Source: Tricharina praecox (taxonomy: Eukaryota). From it: a DNA stretch of 64,000 nt. Positions within the stretch are counted from its first letter, which is position 1; each line of letters opens with the position of its first letter. Shown here one piece after another: positions 10,911 through 23,753 of this stretch. The notes beneath the pieces were generated by a model. That model did not search any database. It had not been told where the DNA came from and was given only the letters and a program-made list of their open reading frames with translations. The stretch lies in NCBI RefSeq assembly GCF_024521635.1, contig NW_026250425.1:558001-622000 (forward strand), in the 5' to 3' direction. The translations under genes and the position numbers were made by a program.

Positions 10911-11184
10911 ATGCAGTTCCCCAGCAGCATCGTCGTCCTCCTCGTGGGTGTTTTCCTCCAAGCCATCGTCTTCGCCGCGCCGGCTGCTCTCGCTGACCCC
11001 GCCCCCCGCCCCGGTCAGCTTCCCCGGCATCCCCTTCGGCAGAGTCGACCGCATCCCCAACGCGATGGAGTGCATCCCCGGCTGGAAGAAGTGCGGCGTC
11101 GACTGCTGCCCCGCCAGCCACCCGTTCTGCGTCCAAAACACCTTCTGCGTGGACTGGACCCAGAGCAAGTTACCTCCCGCTTAG
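10911..11184 (+). CDS. Small secreted six-cysteine peptide, frameshifted by one extra C in the C6 run at 11002-11007 (pseudogene or sequencing error)
   Basis: Signal peptide MQFPSSIVVLLVGVFLQAIVFA is in one frame and CIPGWKKCGVDCCPASHPFCVQNTFC in the +1 frame. Deleting one C gives a 90-aa ORF reading ...ADPAPAPVSFPG... Confidence 0.75.
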
Positions 11185-11633
11185 GTGAGATGAGATGGAG
11201 GATGGCTATGACTTTGATGGGGTGAATGGTTCGGATGCGAATGAATTGCGATGAATGGAATGGATTGAATTGACTGTGTATGAATTTGGTGTGCTGTGCG
11301 GTTGTGATGTGAGCTGCATTGGTAGACGAGTGATTCCGCAATGATGAGTACAACTACAACCATCGCCACCATGTCATCTCATAAACGTAGTATGCACTCC
11401 CTTTATCCCCATGCTAGTTACCTCGATACCTTATCATTCTACGCATCCGACACCCTGCCGCCCACGTCATCGTTCTACAAAGACAAGACGAGAAAAAGGA
11501 ACGGTACAGACTGGTATCCAAAAGTGAGCTGCATAATGCTATGAAGTTCCAACTCCCTCGCAAAAAAAAAGACTCCTGCCCAAATATTATACCACTCGCA
11601 AAAAAACACATACGGCAAGATCCGTATACAGGA

Positions 11634-12834
11634 CTACTTCGGCATCAACATCCCACCAAACCAGACGGCCGCACACAGCCCCAGCGCCGCAAAGCCCACC
11701 ACACTTTGCTGCCACCCCTTCTCCTCCTGCACTTTAAACGCCTTGACCTTCTTGACCGCGGGTCCCCTCGTCTCCTCGACCACCTTCTCCGCCGCGCTCC
11801 TCCTGCCCGGCACAGTGATATTCGCCGCGAGCTTCGCCAGCTCCGCCGCATCGACCTGCCACTTCTCCTCCTCGCCGCTACCATCGACCTCCACGTTCTG
11901 GACATTGCCAAAGAAGTCTGTGATGAGCACCTCATCCAGCGCGCGATTGAAGAGGTCAGTGCGGACGCCGGGGTCGGAGTGGATCTTGTACATATCGTAC
12001 GAGTCGAACAGGTCCTTCATGGTGTGTTTCGACGACGCGTTCTGCACGTTCGTCTCGAGGAACTCGAGGTTGTAGTAGGTATACCGGTCGATCACGGCGA
12101 CGCCCACGTCGTTGTCCGCGTGGTGCGAGTACGACGACTGGTCGAGCTTGCTGGACCCCGTCGCTAATATGTTCGGGCTGTAGAATTTGCTGTACATAGT
12201 GTTCGCTTGGCACGTGTCGATCATGAAGAGCATTTGGTGGTAGCTGGGAACGCAGGATAACTGTCAGCATTGTGTACGCGCGCTGGGGAAGGGGGGAGAC
12301 GGACCGCTTCTTCTCCCACATCTGCTCGAACGCATCCGCGATGTCGAAGGCGCTGATCTCCTCTGCATCCTGAAACTTGAGAAACTCATTCCCGCCATGG
12401 CCAGTCATGTAGACGAAGATATTGCTCCTCTCATCTGTGAGGAGTCTTTTCGAGCGTGGGGTATCAGGTTCGACGCGGTCCGTCAGAAGTCGTATGAAAT
12501 TCTCGACGGTGACCTCATAGCCCCTGTAATCGACCTCGATATTGTCACCATACAGGTCGAGCCCGCGGTCGGCGTTGTTGAACACCGACGCGGGGAAGAT
12601 GTTGCGCGGATTGCACGCGACGTCGTCCGCAAGCATCAGGATGATCTGCGAGTCGGGGATGCCGAGCCGCTTCACCGTGCGGTACATCGACAGCACGTTC
12701 GCTAGGTGGCGGTAGTTGAACCAGAACCGAGAGGTCGAAACGAGCACCGCCCAGTTCGACGTGTGTTGCGCCGAGGTGCAGCATAGCTGCAGCAGGAGCG
12801 TCAGGAAAATGGTTGTCGGTAGTCGCAGCTTCAT
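11634..12834 (-). CDS. GPI8: GPI-anchor transamidase catalytic subunit (peptidase C13), 2 exons
   Basis: [20 protein letters not shown], catalytic TGHGG and IDTCQA, C-terminal TM helix; intron at 12244-12304. Confidence 0.97.
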
Positions 12835-14039
12835 CGTGGTGCGCGTGGTGGTGGGTACGGGTACATCGCGGAGGAGACGTAGTTCAGGGAAGCTCTATTA
12901 GTAGCACATGGTAGAACTGCGGTTGGTAATCAGTTAGTTGGAGCTACATACCCTGCTGAATGATCTTAACCACTTTTGGTATTGCACTTAATCAACCTCA
13001 AGTACTGATCCGCCCGCCGACAATCCGCCAGACAAATTGAGAAATGATTCGTATGTACGAGGGAAAAGTCAAAATACTGGCATAAAACCAATTTGCCAAA
13101 TACAAAGACCGGGCCAATAACATGAATGGTGGCATTTACCTGACTGTAATAGTTGTGGCACCACTGGGCACCAGGTAGGTACTCCAGTATTGTCCGAGAT
13201 GGGCTGGCTATGATTACCTACGCAGTGCGGACATCGCGGGGTTGAGATCGGACGGCGCGGGAGCGAGAGCGGGCTCTGGAACTTGGGCTGGTACACATCG
13301 ATCCCATCCACAATCATGCAGAGACCAGCCCTCGATCGCAGTAGTCATCGATGACATTTCTGCACTCTGAAAATACAGCGACCAAAAAAAAACACAACAG
13401 AAGCAGCAGGAGCAAAAAAAACACAACCATCGACTCAACCAGTATGGACACGAGTACCTAAGCCACGACGACGGAAAAGGGCAGTTCTCTATACCCACCA
13501 ACCCCCAACAAAACTTCGCCCCCGGCCCAACAAGAACAAGAAACAAGAACAATACAGTGATACACCAATCCTTTTTTCTGAGCTGGGGGGTGAGGTAGCA
13601 CACCAGCAACAAAAGCAAACTTCAACAACGACAGCATTCAACAGCAGTCAGCAGGCGGTAACATGCCACATGCCCAGTAAAAGCAAAAGCATGCGGCCGG
13701 CCATTCACTCGTAATCCCGTTCTCAAACAAGGAACCGAGCAAAAGCAGCTCGGAAATGCTTAAGTACGTAAACTCATAGTTATCGTTCAAGCATACAAGT
13801 AAGACGGGGGGTAGGTAGAATAGAACAAGAGGGTGAGGAAGAAAGAGAAAAGAAAAAACAACAGAGTAAAAAGTCCACAAAGACCGCCAGGTCTTAAATG
13901 CAAATCGCAACCCATTATACGCCTTCCCACAAGTTAGAAAGAAAAAGAGAAAAAAAAAGGTACAGGAAGCAGAGGGAAAGAATCGCAGCAAAAATACCAA
14001 AATATCAAACCTCCAGTCCAACCACACAATGGTATCGAA

Positions 14040-16830
14040 TCACAAACTCGCATTCCTAGCCCTGAATATCTCCACCTTATCGTCATAGAAAAGTATCTCC
14101 CTCAACCTGATCCCTGTCTTCTGCTTCTCGTCCTCGGAATATCCGCCGTCGCTCTCGCTATCATCAGCGTCATCGTCATCGACCAAGTCGTCATCCTCCT
14201 CGTCCTCGTCGTCAAGCTCACTCTCCTCCTCGTCGTCCGAATCTTGCCCGGGTGGAGCCGGAGGTCCTCCGGTTATACCATCAGGAGCTTGGGGCTCAGG
14301 AAGATCGGGAAGATCGGGATCGTCGCTTCGGCCTTCCAGAATCTCGAAACATTTGTTCAGGATGCCCACATAGCACAGCTCGACCTCGGGACGCAGGATG
14401 ACGGTGTTGACGATTTGGTTGGCGAGTTCCCTTGGAGCGAAACCAGTGAGGTGGGGCGTGTCGCGGATGTATGTAAGGTAGAGGGACCGCAGTTGCGGCA
14501 TGTGCGGTAGACGGGTTAGGAAGTAATGCTACGCGGCTATTAGCGATCGCTCCCCCTATACAGAAGGGCTGCTAAAAAAATAACATACCCAATCACTGTA
14601 TTCCAGGGCCATCCCAAGCTCTCTAAGGTTGGGCATCTTGCCACTGCTGATGAAAGCCAGATGTTCCTTCTTGAATGTCCACTTGAACATGCCATCGGCA
14701 TCGTCATTGTGTTTCGAGTTGACCAACAACTTTTTCAAGCTACCCTTATGCCTCCTGATAGCACCCTTGTAGATGATGTCCATGGTCACAGTGCTGTCAT
14801 TCGCTGTCTCCTGCAAGAACAAGATCTCGAGCGAATTGGGCGGCAGTGTGTCCCTGATGAATGCAATCAACACAGGCGTGACACAATCCGTGTGCAGCTT
14901 CTTCAGCCGGAGTTTATAGTCCGACGGGCTAGGCACAGCCTGGTGCATTCCTCTCACTCGATGCGCGGCTACCGAAGGGTGTCCATGCTTAGGGTTGATA
15001 CCGGTGGTGTGAAGTACCGTCGGAGGCAAGCAAGGAGAGAATTTCCGTCGCAGGGCTTTGAAGAACCGGTCGTGGTTATAACAGTTGACGATCGTGAGGT
15101 TCGAGAGGCACGTCCAGTCAATCGCTTTGGCGGTAACCAGCATTGGGATCGATATCGGCACCCGTTCGAGGGCGAGAGTCTCTAGCCTAAGCTGCTTCGA
15201 GGGCTTGCTCTCAAATTGCGCATTGTAAGGCCTTGCTGTGCTCTTGATTTCTTGCAGCCCTTCTCCTAAGGGCGTCCAGGGTGCTGGCGGGGCAGTGGGG
15301 GAGGGTAATTGTACCGGAGCCAGAGGGGCTGCCGCACTATGTGCTGCGGCTGGTGGGGCTCCGCTGCTGGGTGCGGGAACACCAATCATATTTACATTCG
15401 CCTGGTCGTCAGTGACGCCGCTGACAGCGGCATTAGGGACGCTTGTTGGGGTCACGACTGCTGGTGCCGCCCCACTGCTAACAGTCGCCGCTGCTGCAAC
15501 AACAGCCGCCGGGGTAGCGACAGCAGTATTGCCAGTAGTAGCGTTAATAGCAGCACTGATAGCCGCAACTGTCACATTAACGGGAGGAGAAGAAGGAGGA
15601 GGAGCAGGAGCGCCAGTGCCAGCATCTTCAGGTCGGTTGCTTCTCCGTTTCCGTCTGCCTTCCCCCCAATTGACGATGCGCCCAAACAGCAGTCCCAACA
15701 CTCCACCACCAACAGATGTGTTGTTCCCATCTTCGGCATTGGTGAGCTCCAACTCGTCCCAATCCTTGATCCATCGATTGGTCAGGTGCATGTGCTCCGC
15801 AAGGCCAACTCTCAGCTCCCTCAGCTTATCGGCGCTCTCTTCAATCGCGTACGCCATCTCTTCCAGATACTGGCGCTCGTCGATGTCCAACACGCTCAGC
15901 GACCTGAGACCCTTAAAACCCTTGAATGTCGGCGTTTCCACCTTTCTGCTGGGATCATGGCTGGTCGGGGTCGTGGTTTCCCTGTTGTCGTGAAATCGAA
16001 CGTGTACGTTCTTCAGCGTTCCATTGAGATCGTGCAGCGACATGAAGACGTCGCGCAGGATACCGGTAGGCATGTCCCAGGAGAAGGTCTCCAAGCTCTC
16101 CATGCGAGTAATGCCCAGGTTCACGAGCGTTCCCAACATCTTCCCTCCCTCCTTGTTGATGTTGTACTCCATCACCCACTCCCCCGGTCCGTTTCCGAGC
16201 GAAAACTTCTTGACCCACCGCGCATGATCGTTACCCCTCCTCGTGACATTTGTTAGGGTAGCCAGTCCGTGCGTCAAGGCGTCAACGCCAACCCGTTCAC
16301 CGGTCGTAGCGGCATCGGGCCACACGATATCGAAGCGGGCGTATATTTGCGGCACCGCTAGCGAGTGAAGGGATCTGCAAGTGAGGCAGAGATTGGTGAG
16401 GTCGTTTGTGTGCGTAACCTTCATCCGTGCATTTCATCGCAATGTCAGCCCTGCGTCAAGGGAGGAGGGCTGGGGGAAGGATGCTGTTGCCGCCTCATTC
16501 GAGTTGACAGGGGGGCCGGTGTTCTTTTTTCTTCCCTCTCTCTCTCACTCTCACTCTCTTTCACCTGCTCACCTCTTTGACGATATCCTTCAGGACATCT
16601 ATCGGTAGATCAACTAAGTTCAAGGGCCGTTTCCGTTGGTTTCCCTCCAGCTTGGGCATCTGCAGGAGTGGTTTCGCCTTTACTCCTTCCTTCGGCGTCA
16701 GGTTGTCTTCGGTGCCAGATCCGAGCAGGCTGAGTCGCTGCATCCCAAAGCGTGTTGTGTCCTCCTCCTCGTCGACAGCATCGTCCGACGCTTCGTGGTA
16801 GTAGACGTCGCCAAAGGTGACTGGGGGCAT
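14040..16830 (-). CDS. F-box domain protein with LRR-like region and acidic C-terminal tract, 3 exons
   Basis: LVDLPIDVLKDIVKE|VTHTNDLTNLCLTCRSLHSLAVPQIY forms an F-box across intron 16419-16572. Second intron at 14529-14588; ends LREILFYDDKVEIFRARNASL. Confidence 0.88.
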
Positions 16831-18323
16831 GGTGTCTATGCGTGATGGACAGTGGCCTGGAGTTGACTGGGCGCGCGTGAGTGAGTTGTCTGCACTGAGA
16901 CCGACCCGAACAACGGTGCTCGGCGTAGCGGGTGTGGTTTTGGTGGCTTGGGGGGAGCTCGGCAGCTATGCGATGCTGTAGGCTTCGCTCGCGCAACCGG
17001 AACTCTCGGCCTACAGCAGCTCGGCGGCTGAAACGAGAGTAGTTTGTGATGTAGTTCTGGGAAGCGTGCTACGCTGTGGGCGGAGCGGAAGAGTGGACGA
17101 TTACGATTGCGGTGGATGAAGAGGGCGACGCGACTGTACTGTTTGTTGTTGGGATGTTGTGGTTAGTGTTGCGGAGGGGAGTGGGAGGAGTTGGAGGGGC
17201 AGAAGCTATTGTGGGTTGGTATGGTACCTCTCGCTCTGTCTTTCTCTCGCTAGAGTAGCTGACTACAAGGTCGATGTGGATTGGGTTTGGTGCTAGGAAT
17301 CTATTTAGAGGAAAGGCTGGAAGAGATGCTGCTTCTCTCGGCAGCAGCCGGCATGGAACAGGGAAGCTGTAGGGAAGGAGGAGGAGGAGGCGGTCGGGCA
17401 GTGGGTGGCAGAGCACGGAAATGGTAGAGTGGTTGAAGAAACGGCGGTGTGATTCTGTGGTAGGGAGATCATAGAAGGGTTGCGGCTTTGATGATCGCCT
17501 AAAAGAGCTATGTACGGATACTGCTATGGGGAGGGGGGAGATAATTGGCTTTGGCCGTTTTTACGGAGCACAGAACCTACGTTCTCGAAGTCTTCGTTTT
17601 ACAGGACAGTTTTCCGTTAGAAAGTACCTTTTGAGTTTCCAGATACTTCGACCAGCTGCCATCAGAGTTCAGAGGGATGGCCGTTGTCGATGTCTAGACT
17701 GGATGCGGGCCGAGCGGAGAAGAAAGAAAGAAAGTAAGAAGGGCCTAGGTCTATGGGCCGGACAGCACTATGGGATAGGACACGATAGCAAGGAGGCAGG
17801 AGGAAAGCCGCACCGCAAATATCACCAGCAAAGAAGGAGACATCACCAGCAGAGAAGAAGAAACACATCATGGAATCGGAACGAAGCAAAACGACCGGAA
17901 CATCTTCCCCGGTCCCGAGAAAATCTAGCCATCCAGGGTCGGGTGGGTGGAGTACAATATATAGAGTGCTCCAAGAAAGTAGGTGGGGCAGGCACATTGG
18001 ACGGTCCGCTGGACTTCACCCAGATACCGTACCGATCCATTTCACGCAAGTACTTGGGCACATGGTTGTGCAGATTAGAGTGCTGGGTCAGCGTTCCACC
18101 AGTGAGCATCGCAGGAACTACTGTTTGCTGATGCCATGATATGTACAACATTCACGGAAGGGTGTTTGACGCCAGGTGACGATGACGACAAGCTGCTGTC
18201 GACAGATACGATGCGAAGACATGTCCAGTCGCACGCAAGCTCTCGTTCTTTTCTTCTTCTTCATGGATATACCCAGAACGCCAAAGACAAACAGACGCAC
18301 ACAAACAAGCAGTCCGAACTCGC

Positions 18324-19042
18324 TCACGCATAGAACTTCTGACACCTCGTCTCCTGGTGCACTCCGCCACATTCCAATCCGCAGTACCGCGCGCCACACT
18401 TGCCGCAGCGATAGGTTCCCCAGTAGCCGCAAATCTCGCAGAATGTCCGGCTAGGTCTCTTCGACGGCCTGCTGACAGCCCGCGCATATCCCAGCGGTAG
18501 ACCACCGCTCTCGCCGTCCTCTAGCACAGGTTCATCACGTTCCACGCCGTCGATCTCCATCTCATCTCCCGAATTCGGGTCGGCGGCGCTGCTGGCTCTC
18601 CTCGGCCTAGCGGCCATCGGGTTCAACGCCTCCTCGTCCGCGAGGTGGTTGACGAATGTCTTTTGCGAGAGCAGGATCCGTCGGACGTTCTGGGTTGAGG
18701 TGGTTTTACTGCGTGCCGAAGCTGTAGATCCCCACATCGCATTAGCAACTTGCCACTCACCCACCGCGTCCAGGGGAGCCCACCCCGCGCGCCAGTTTCT
18801 TTCTTCGGTAGTGGAATGTGCACATCTCGATAGTTGTCCTTCTCGAGATCAGATATGCGACTGTTGATCTGTCTCTGCCGTGCCGCCGTGTTTTCAAAGT
18901 TGGAGTGGCGCGTGCGCGCTCCTCGGCCGGTCGAAGCTGGCAGGCCGCCGGAGACGGAATTCGCTGGTGGGAGAGTGGTGTAGGCCCAGCCCGCTCCAGC
19001 TGAGGCTCCCGGTCGAGGCGGTAGGACTTCGATGGTGGGCAT
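18324..19042 (-). CDS. VPS71: SWR1 complex subunit Vps71/Swc6 (zf-HIT), 2 exons
   Basis: C-terminal CEICGYWGTYRCGKCGARYCGLECGGVHQETRC HIT finger; LEKDNY and TQNVRRILLSQKTF motifs; intron at about 18722-18783. Confidence 0.88.
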
Positions 19043-19287
19043 GATCGATGTGTCCTGGGGGTTGCTGCCGAAGTTCGAATGGGTGTTCGAGAGAGCTATG
19101 GATTTGAGCCGCGCTACTCCTAGTTAGCCTTCGTCGCTCCGTAGTGCACACCAGATTGACACTTGCCGGCGCTATTTTGCTTACCCGGAATCCCTTCCAT
19201 GGTTAACGCCCTCTCCCCGCAGTTTGGTGCAGCAAACCAGTCTCACGGGGCCGAGCTGAGCTTTGAGCTCAATTCAGAGGAAACTCG

Positions 19288-21196
19288 ATGTCAGACGACG
19301 CATCATTCGCACACCCGCACGAAGTCCAGTTACCGCAAGAGGACAACTTGGCTCTCGATCCCGGCATTAGCAATGATGATCTCCCCACACCGCGCGCATC
19401 TCTGTACGGAGCAACTCCAGCTTCCACAATAGCAGAACTCAGCTCCTCCGAAGAACTCACCATGGACGAGGACTACTTCAACCCGCCATTGTCGCCACAT
19501 CCATCGATAACTACATCACCGTCGCAGCTACTTTCGCTTCAGTCGGCCGCAGTTCCGGGTGCTTCGGGCGTCGTAGGGGCTGCCCCGGGACTACAGTCCA
19601 AAGCTACCATCGCTATATCGCTACCGGAGGGTGTGTACGCCGAACAACAGGATGGTGTCAGATCTACGGGAGGCAGCGGAAGCGTTACAACGGCGCCGTC
19701 TTTTAGTGACTCGACGAGCGTGAAAAGCTACGCGCCTACCATCAGTACTACGGCCGAACATGACGTCGAGAGCATGCTTTCTGAGATCCTGGAGGAGAAT
19801 GAGGCGAGGTTTGGGAGCACCTTCATCGAGGATTTGGTGGACGAGACGGAGGAGGAGGAAGAAAACGAGAATGACCTACGAGACGATGACGATGGCCTCG
19901 GCGAGGGTACGCATAGCGCTCGCTCTACACTTTTGCGCTGAGGAGGGATACTGACGTTGCGCAGAGGAACAGCTCGTACGTTGGCGTGCAAAGCGGAAGC
20001 ACTTCTTCATCCTGTCGCAAGCAGGAAAGCCCGTCTATTCGCGGTACGGGAACGAGACCATAATATCCAGCTACATCGGCGTCATCCAGGCCATCATCTC
20101 ATTCTTCGCAGATTCCTCGGATACCCTGCAATCATTCGAATCGGGTACACATAGATTTGCCGTTACAAACTCTGGTCCCCTTTACCTCGTCGCTATTTCC
20201 TCTATCGGCGAGACGCCCGCGCAGCTTCGTTCCCAGCTAGACGCTCTCTATCAACAAATCCTCTCCACCTTGACACTGTCCCAGCTCACCAAAGTGTTTA
20301 ACCAACGCTACAATTTCGACCTGCGCCGATTGCTTGGTGGGACAGAAGTGTTCCTGGATGGCTTGGTGGATAGTATGACACGGGGTTCACCACAGGTCCT
20401 ACTCTCGGCACTGGAATGCGTCAAAATCCGCAAATCGTACCGAGAACGGATAAACAACATACTCCTGAAAGCGCGATGCGATGGGCTACTCTACGGTCTG
20501 ATCGTGGCAGACGGGAGATTGGTGTCCGTCGTCCGTCCAAAGCGTCACTCGCTGCACCCCCCGGATCTCCAGCTGCTATTCTCCATGCTGTTCAACTCGA
20601 ATACCTTTCGCGATGGCAACGAGCACTGGACGCCGATCTGCATGCCCAAATTCAACTCCAAAGGCTTCCTCCATGCCTACATCAACTTCTTCGAACCAGA
20701 GATATGCGTCGTCCTCATCTCGGCCAACAAAGATGCCTTCTTCGAGATGCGCGAGATGGCAGCCTCCGTCATCGGCAGCCTCAAATCCTCCTCACTGCTG
20801 TCCAGCATCACTGCCGCGATCCCACGATACGTACCCACCGACATCGTGCCAGGAACGCCGATCCGGCACTTTCTCTACCGCTCGAGGCAGAACGTACAGT
20901 TCACGATGCCGGCGTGGGGAAGCCACTACACTACGCGGGCCAGTAAACGTCGAGTCATGACGTTATACCACAAGTTGCATGCGGGTGTTCACCAGAAGAG
21001 CGCACACCTGAAGGTATGCTTTTGTAGCCGTAAGCAGGAGGAGGCTTTGGCGTGGGTGCTCCCCGCGTTCGAGCTATACGTGGTTGCGGGTCCGGGTGCG
21101 AAGCGGGAGGCGATCGCGAAGGGCGCGCAGAGAATCGCTGGCTGGGTTAAGGGCGAGGAGGAGAGGCTGTTTGTTATTGGAGGTGCTACTTTCTAG
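19288..21196 (+). CDS. MON1: Vacuolar fusion protein Mon1 (Ypt7/Rab7 GEF subunit), 2 exons
   Basis: After intron 19907-19964: KHFFILSQAGKPVYSRYG, NFDLRRLLGGT, KRHSLHPPDLQL, WTPICMPKFN and EEERLFVIGGATF. Confidence 0.95.
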
Positions 21197-21490
21197 CTCT
21201 AGCAGGATGTGGGATGTGGATCGGAGTCGGATTTGCGGCGGTGGGGTTGTCGAGGCTACCTACCTTTGTTATGACGGGCTGATCCGAACGGACTGATTAC
21301 ATATCGCTGCCCACGATGCGCTCTGTTTCCCCATTTGGATGGTACATATCTACGGTGGAGGGGTAGATAATCGCGGCACTCTCCCCAACCGGCAATCCGA
21401 CAGTAGATCCTGACGCAGTTGCCGGATATATAACGTCCTGCCCCCCACCACACCACATGCCCCCTCACCATCCATCACCCACCCACCACG

Positions 21491-22732
21491 ATGCACCAGC
21501 CGACCAACACCGCCGCCCCGGGCGTCTCGTACTTCACCCCGCACCAGACGGTGCCATCGGGGACCTCCCTCGCGGCCCCCGAAGCAACCCCTGCAGTCTT
21601 CCGCCCGCTCACGATCCGAAGCAGCACCTTCCCGAACCGTATCTGGTGCGCGCCGATGTGCATGTACTCCGCCGACAACGGGCACGCTACCGACTTCCAC
21701 GTGCAGCACCTGGGTGCGATCGCCACGCGCGGCGCAGGAATGATCATGTCCGAAGCCGCGGCGGTGACGAAGGAGGGGCGGATCTCGAAGGAGGACCTGG
21801 GCATCTGGGACGATGCGCACATCGCGAGTCTTGCACGGGTCGCAACGTACATCCACTCGCAGTCAAAACACTTCTCGGTGCAGCTTGCACACGCCGGCCG
21901 CAAAGCCTCCACCGTGGCGCCCTGGCTCGACCACGAACGCGGCAAGTCGATCCTAGCAACCCCGCAGATCGGCGGCTGGCCCTCGTCTGTCGTCGGCGCC
22001 TCGCCGATCCGCTGGAGCGCCGACCACGCCCTCCCGCGCGAACTCACCACCGCCGAGATCGCCGCCGTCGTCGCCGCGTTCGCCGCTGCCGCCGTCCGCT
22101 GCGTCAAGGCCGGCGTCGACTCCCTGCAGATCCACGCCGCGCACGGTTACCTCGTGCACTCGTTCATGTCCGGCGCCAGCAATACGCGGACGGACGCGTA
22201 CGGCGGGGCGTTCGAGAACCGCGTCCGGATCCTGCTGGAGATTGTCGACGCTGTGCGCGAGGTGATCCCCAGCTCCATGCCGCTCATGGTCCGCGTCAGC
22301 GGGACCGACTGGTTGCCCGAGGAGAAGTACCCCACCGCTTGGACGCTCGAGGATACCGTCCGCCTCGCGAAACAGCTCTACGCCCACGGCGTCGATCTGC
22401 TTGATGTCTCGAGCGGCGGGAACCATGAGAACCAGCAGATCTCGCCGCATAATACGTACCAGGTGCAGATGGCCGAGAAGGTTAAGGCGGCGCTGCTGGC
22501 GGAGGGCGGCGAGCCCGCGAAGCTCCTCGTGTCTGCCGTTGGTGCCATTGCCGATGGCGTCTGGGCGAATAAGATTGTCGCCGAGATGGGCGTCGATGCG
22601 GTTTTTGTCGCTAGAGCGTTCTTGAGAGATCCGAATTTTGTGCTCAGGTGCGCGGAGGAGTTGGGGGTCAGAGTCCAGCCGCCCCTGCAGTATCTGAGGA
22701 TGGGAAGGTTGAGGAGGGAGGAGAAGTTGTAG
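21491..22732 (+). CDS. NADH:flavin oxidoreductase / old yellow enzyme, YqjM-like class, intronless
   Basis: NRIWCAPMCMYS, QLAHAGRKAS, IHAAHGYL, NTRTDAYGGAFENR and LLDVSSGG; TATATAA at about 21427. Confidence 0.95.
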   Translation: MHQPTNTAAPGVSYFTPHQTVPSGTSLAAPEATPAVFRPLTIRSSTFPNRIWCAPMCMYSADNGHATDFHVQHLGAIATRGAGMIMSEAAAVTKEGRISKEDLGIWDDAHIASLARVATYIHSQSKHFSVQLAHAGRKASTVAPWLDHERGKSILATPQIGGWPSSVVGASPIRWSADHALPRELTTAEIAAVVAAFAAAAVRCVKAGVDSLQIHAAHGYLVHSFMSGASNTRTDAYGGAFENRVRILLEIVDAVREVIPSSMPLMVRVSGTDWLPEEKYPTAWTLEDTVRLAKQLYAHGVDLLDVSSGGNHENQQISPHNTYQVQMAEKVKAALLAEGGEPAKLLVSAVGAIADGVWANKIVAEMGVDAVFVARAFLRDPNFVLRCAEELGVRVQPPLQYLRMGRLRREEKL

Positions 22733-23064
22733 ATTGCGGATTGGGGATTGGGGATTGGCGGGGGTTGAGATAGAATAGACGCTTGAGCGCGAATGATATC
22801 TACATACGCGGCTTGGGATACCCATTCATTATTCGTAGACTGCTGACACCCCCCTGCCCCCGCGCGCTTCCACCCTCCACTCCAACCCACGGTTCGTCCC
22901 ATTCGTTTAGTTACCCAGGCCCGCTACCCACACACCTCACAATGATAGTGACACATTTTAGTAAAGTAGAGTAGAATAGTATATCCCGCAAGGCTCGCAC
23001 CCCGTCCGCCCTGTGCCTTGTAGTTACTCTAGTTAGGTTGTAGAGGACTCTACACACATAAAAC

Positions 23065-23114
23065 GGGGCCCCACCATACTGGGCTGTGAGTACATAATAC
23101 GGGGCCCCACCATA
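23065..23114. repeat. Direct repeat ACGGGGCCCCACCATA x2
   Basis: Two identical 16-mers with a 35-bp period, between convergent genes. Confidence 0.65.
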
Positions 23115-23753
23115 AAGTAGCACATACTAGGTAGGCCGTGACAGCCGCAACGGCCGAGAAGGCCGAGAACTCGTCGAGCCCCGTTCCCCGCGCACAATGT
23201 CCCCGCGCATAAATCAATGCACAATGCGGAATGCACAATGCACATGTGCGCAGTTTCCTCTCTGGGATTCTGGGATGGGAAGGATGGGATGGGATGGGGC
23301 TGTGCTCGCACCCCGCCCGCGTTAACCATGTCGACCCGTTGAATACATATGTCCGTGCTTTGACGCATCTGCTCGGATATCTGGTGTGGTGTGATTCTGG
23401 TACATAGGTCTGAGAACAGCCGGGGCCGTGGCCTTATGGGGGGCCGTTGCGGTTGTGTGGATCTCTAACCTGCGAGTGTCGTATGATCACCGTTGAACCT
23501 TCAACCGGTGGGAAATGTAAGTTATGGGTTTATATTTATCGTAATATACGACGAGTCGACTACGGTACAGTACATATCACAAGAGTAGAAAAAAATTCTG
23601 TAAAGAAGGCTACCAAAAAAAGGACAAAAAATAACGAAGAAGAACCCCAATCCAGTGGATATCCCGAAACAATGATACAAAGCATGCCAAAAGGCGCGCA
23701 CATCTAAGAAGTATCTACTCTAGATATTCCCATGCACAAGCACAAACTCAAAC

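Noticed and set aside
13069..14027. Hydrophobic minus-strand ORFs downstream of the F-box gene (also 56703-57344)
   Set aside because: Translations of T-rich 3' UTR or intergenic sequence.
5047..22732. Secondary-metabolite cluster around the esterase and old yellow enzyme
   Set aside because: No PKS, NRPS, terpene synthase or RiPP precursor; intervening genes are housekeeping.
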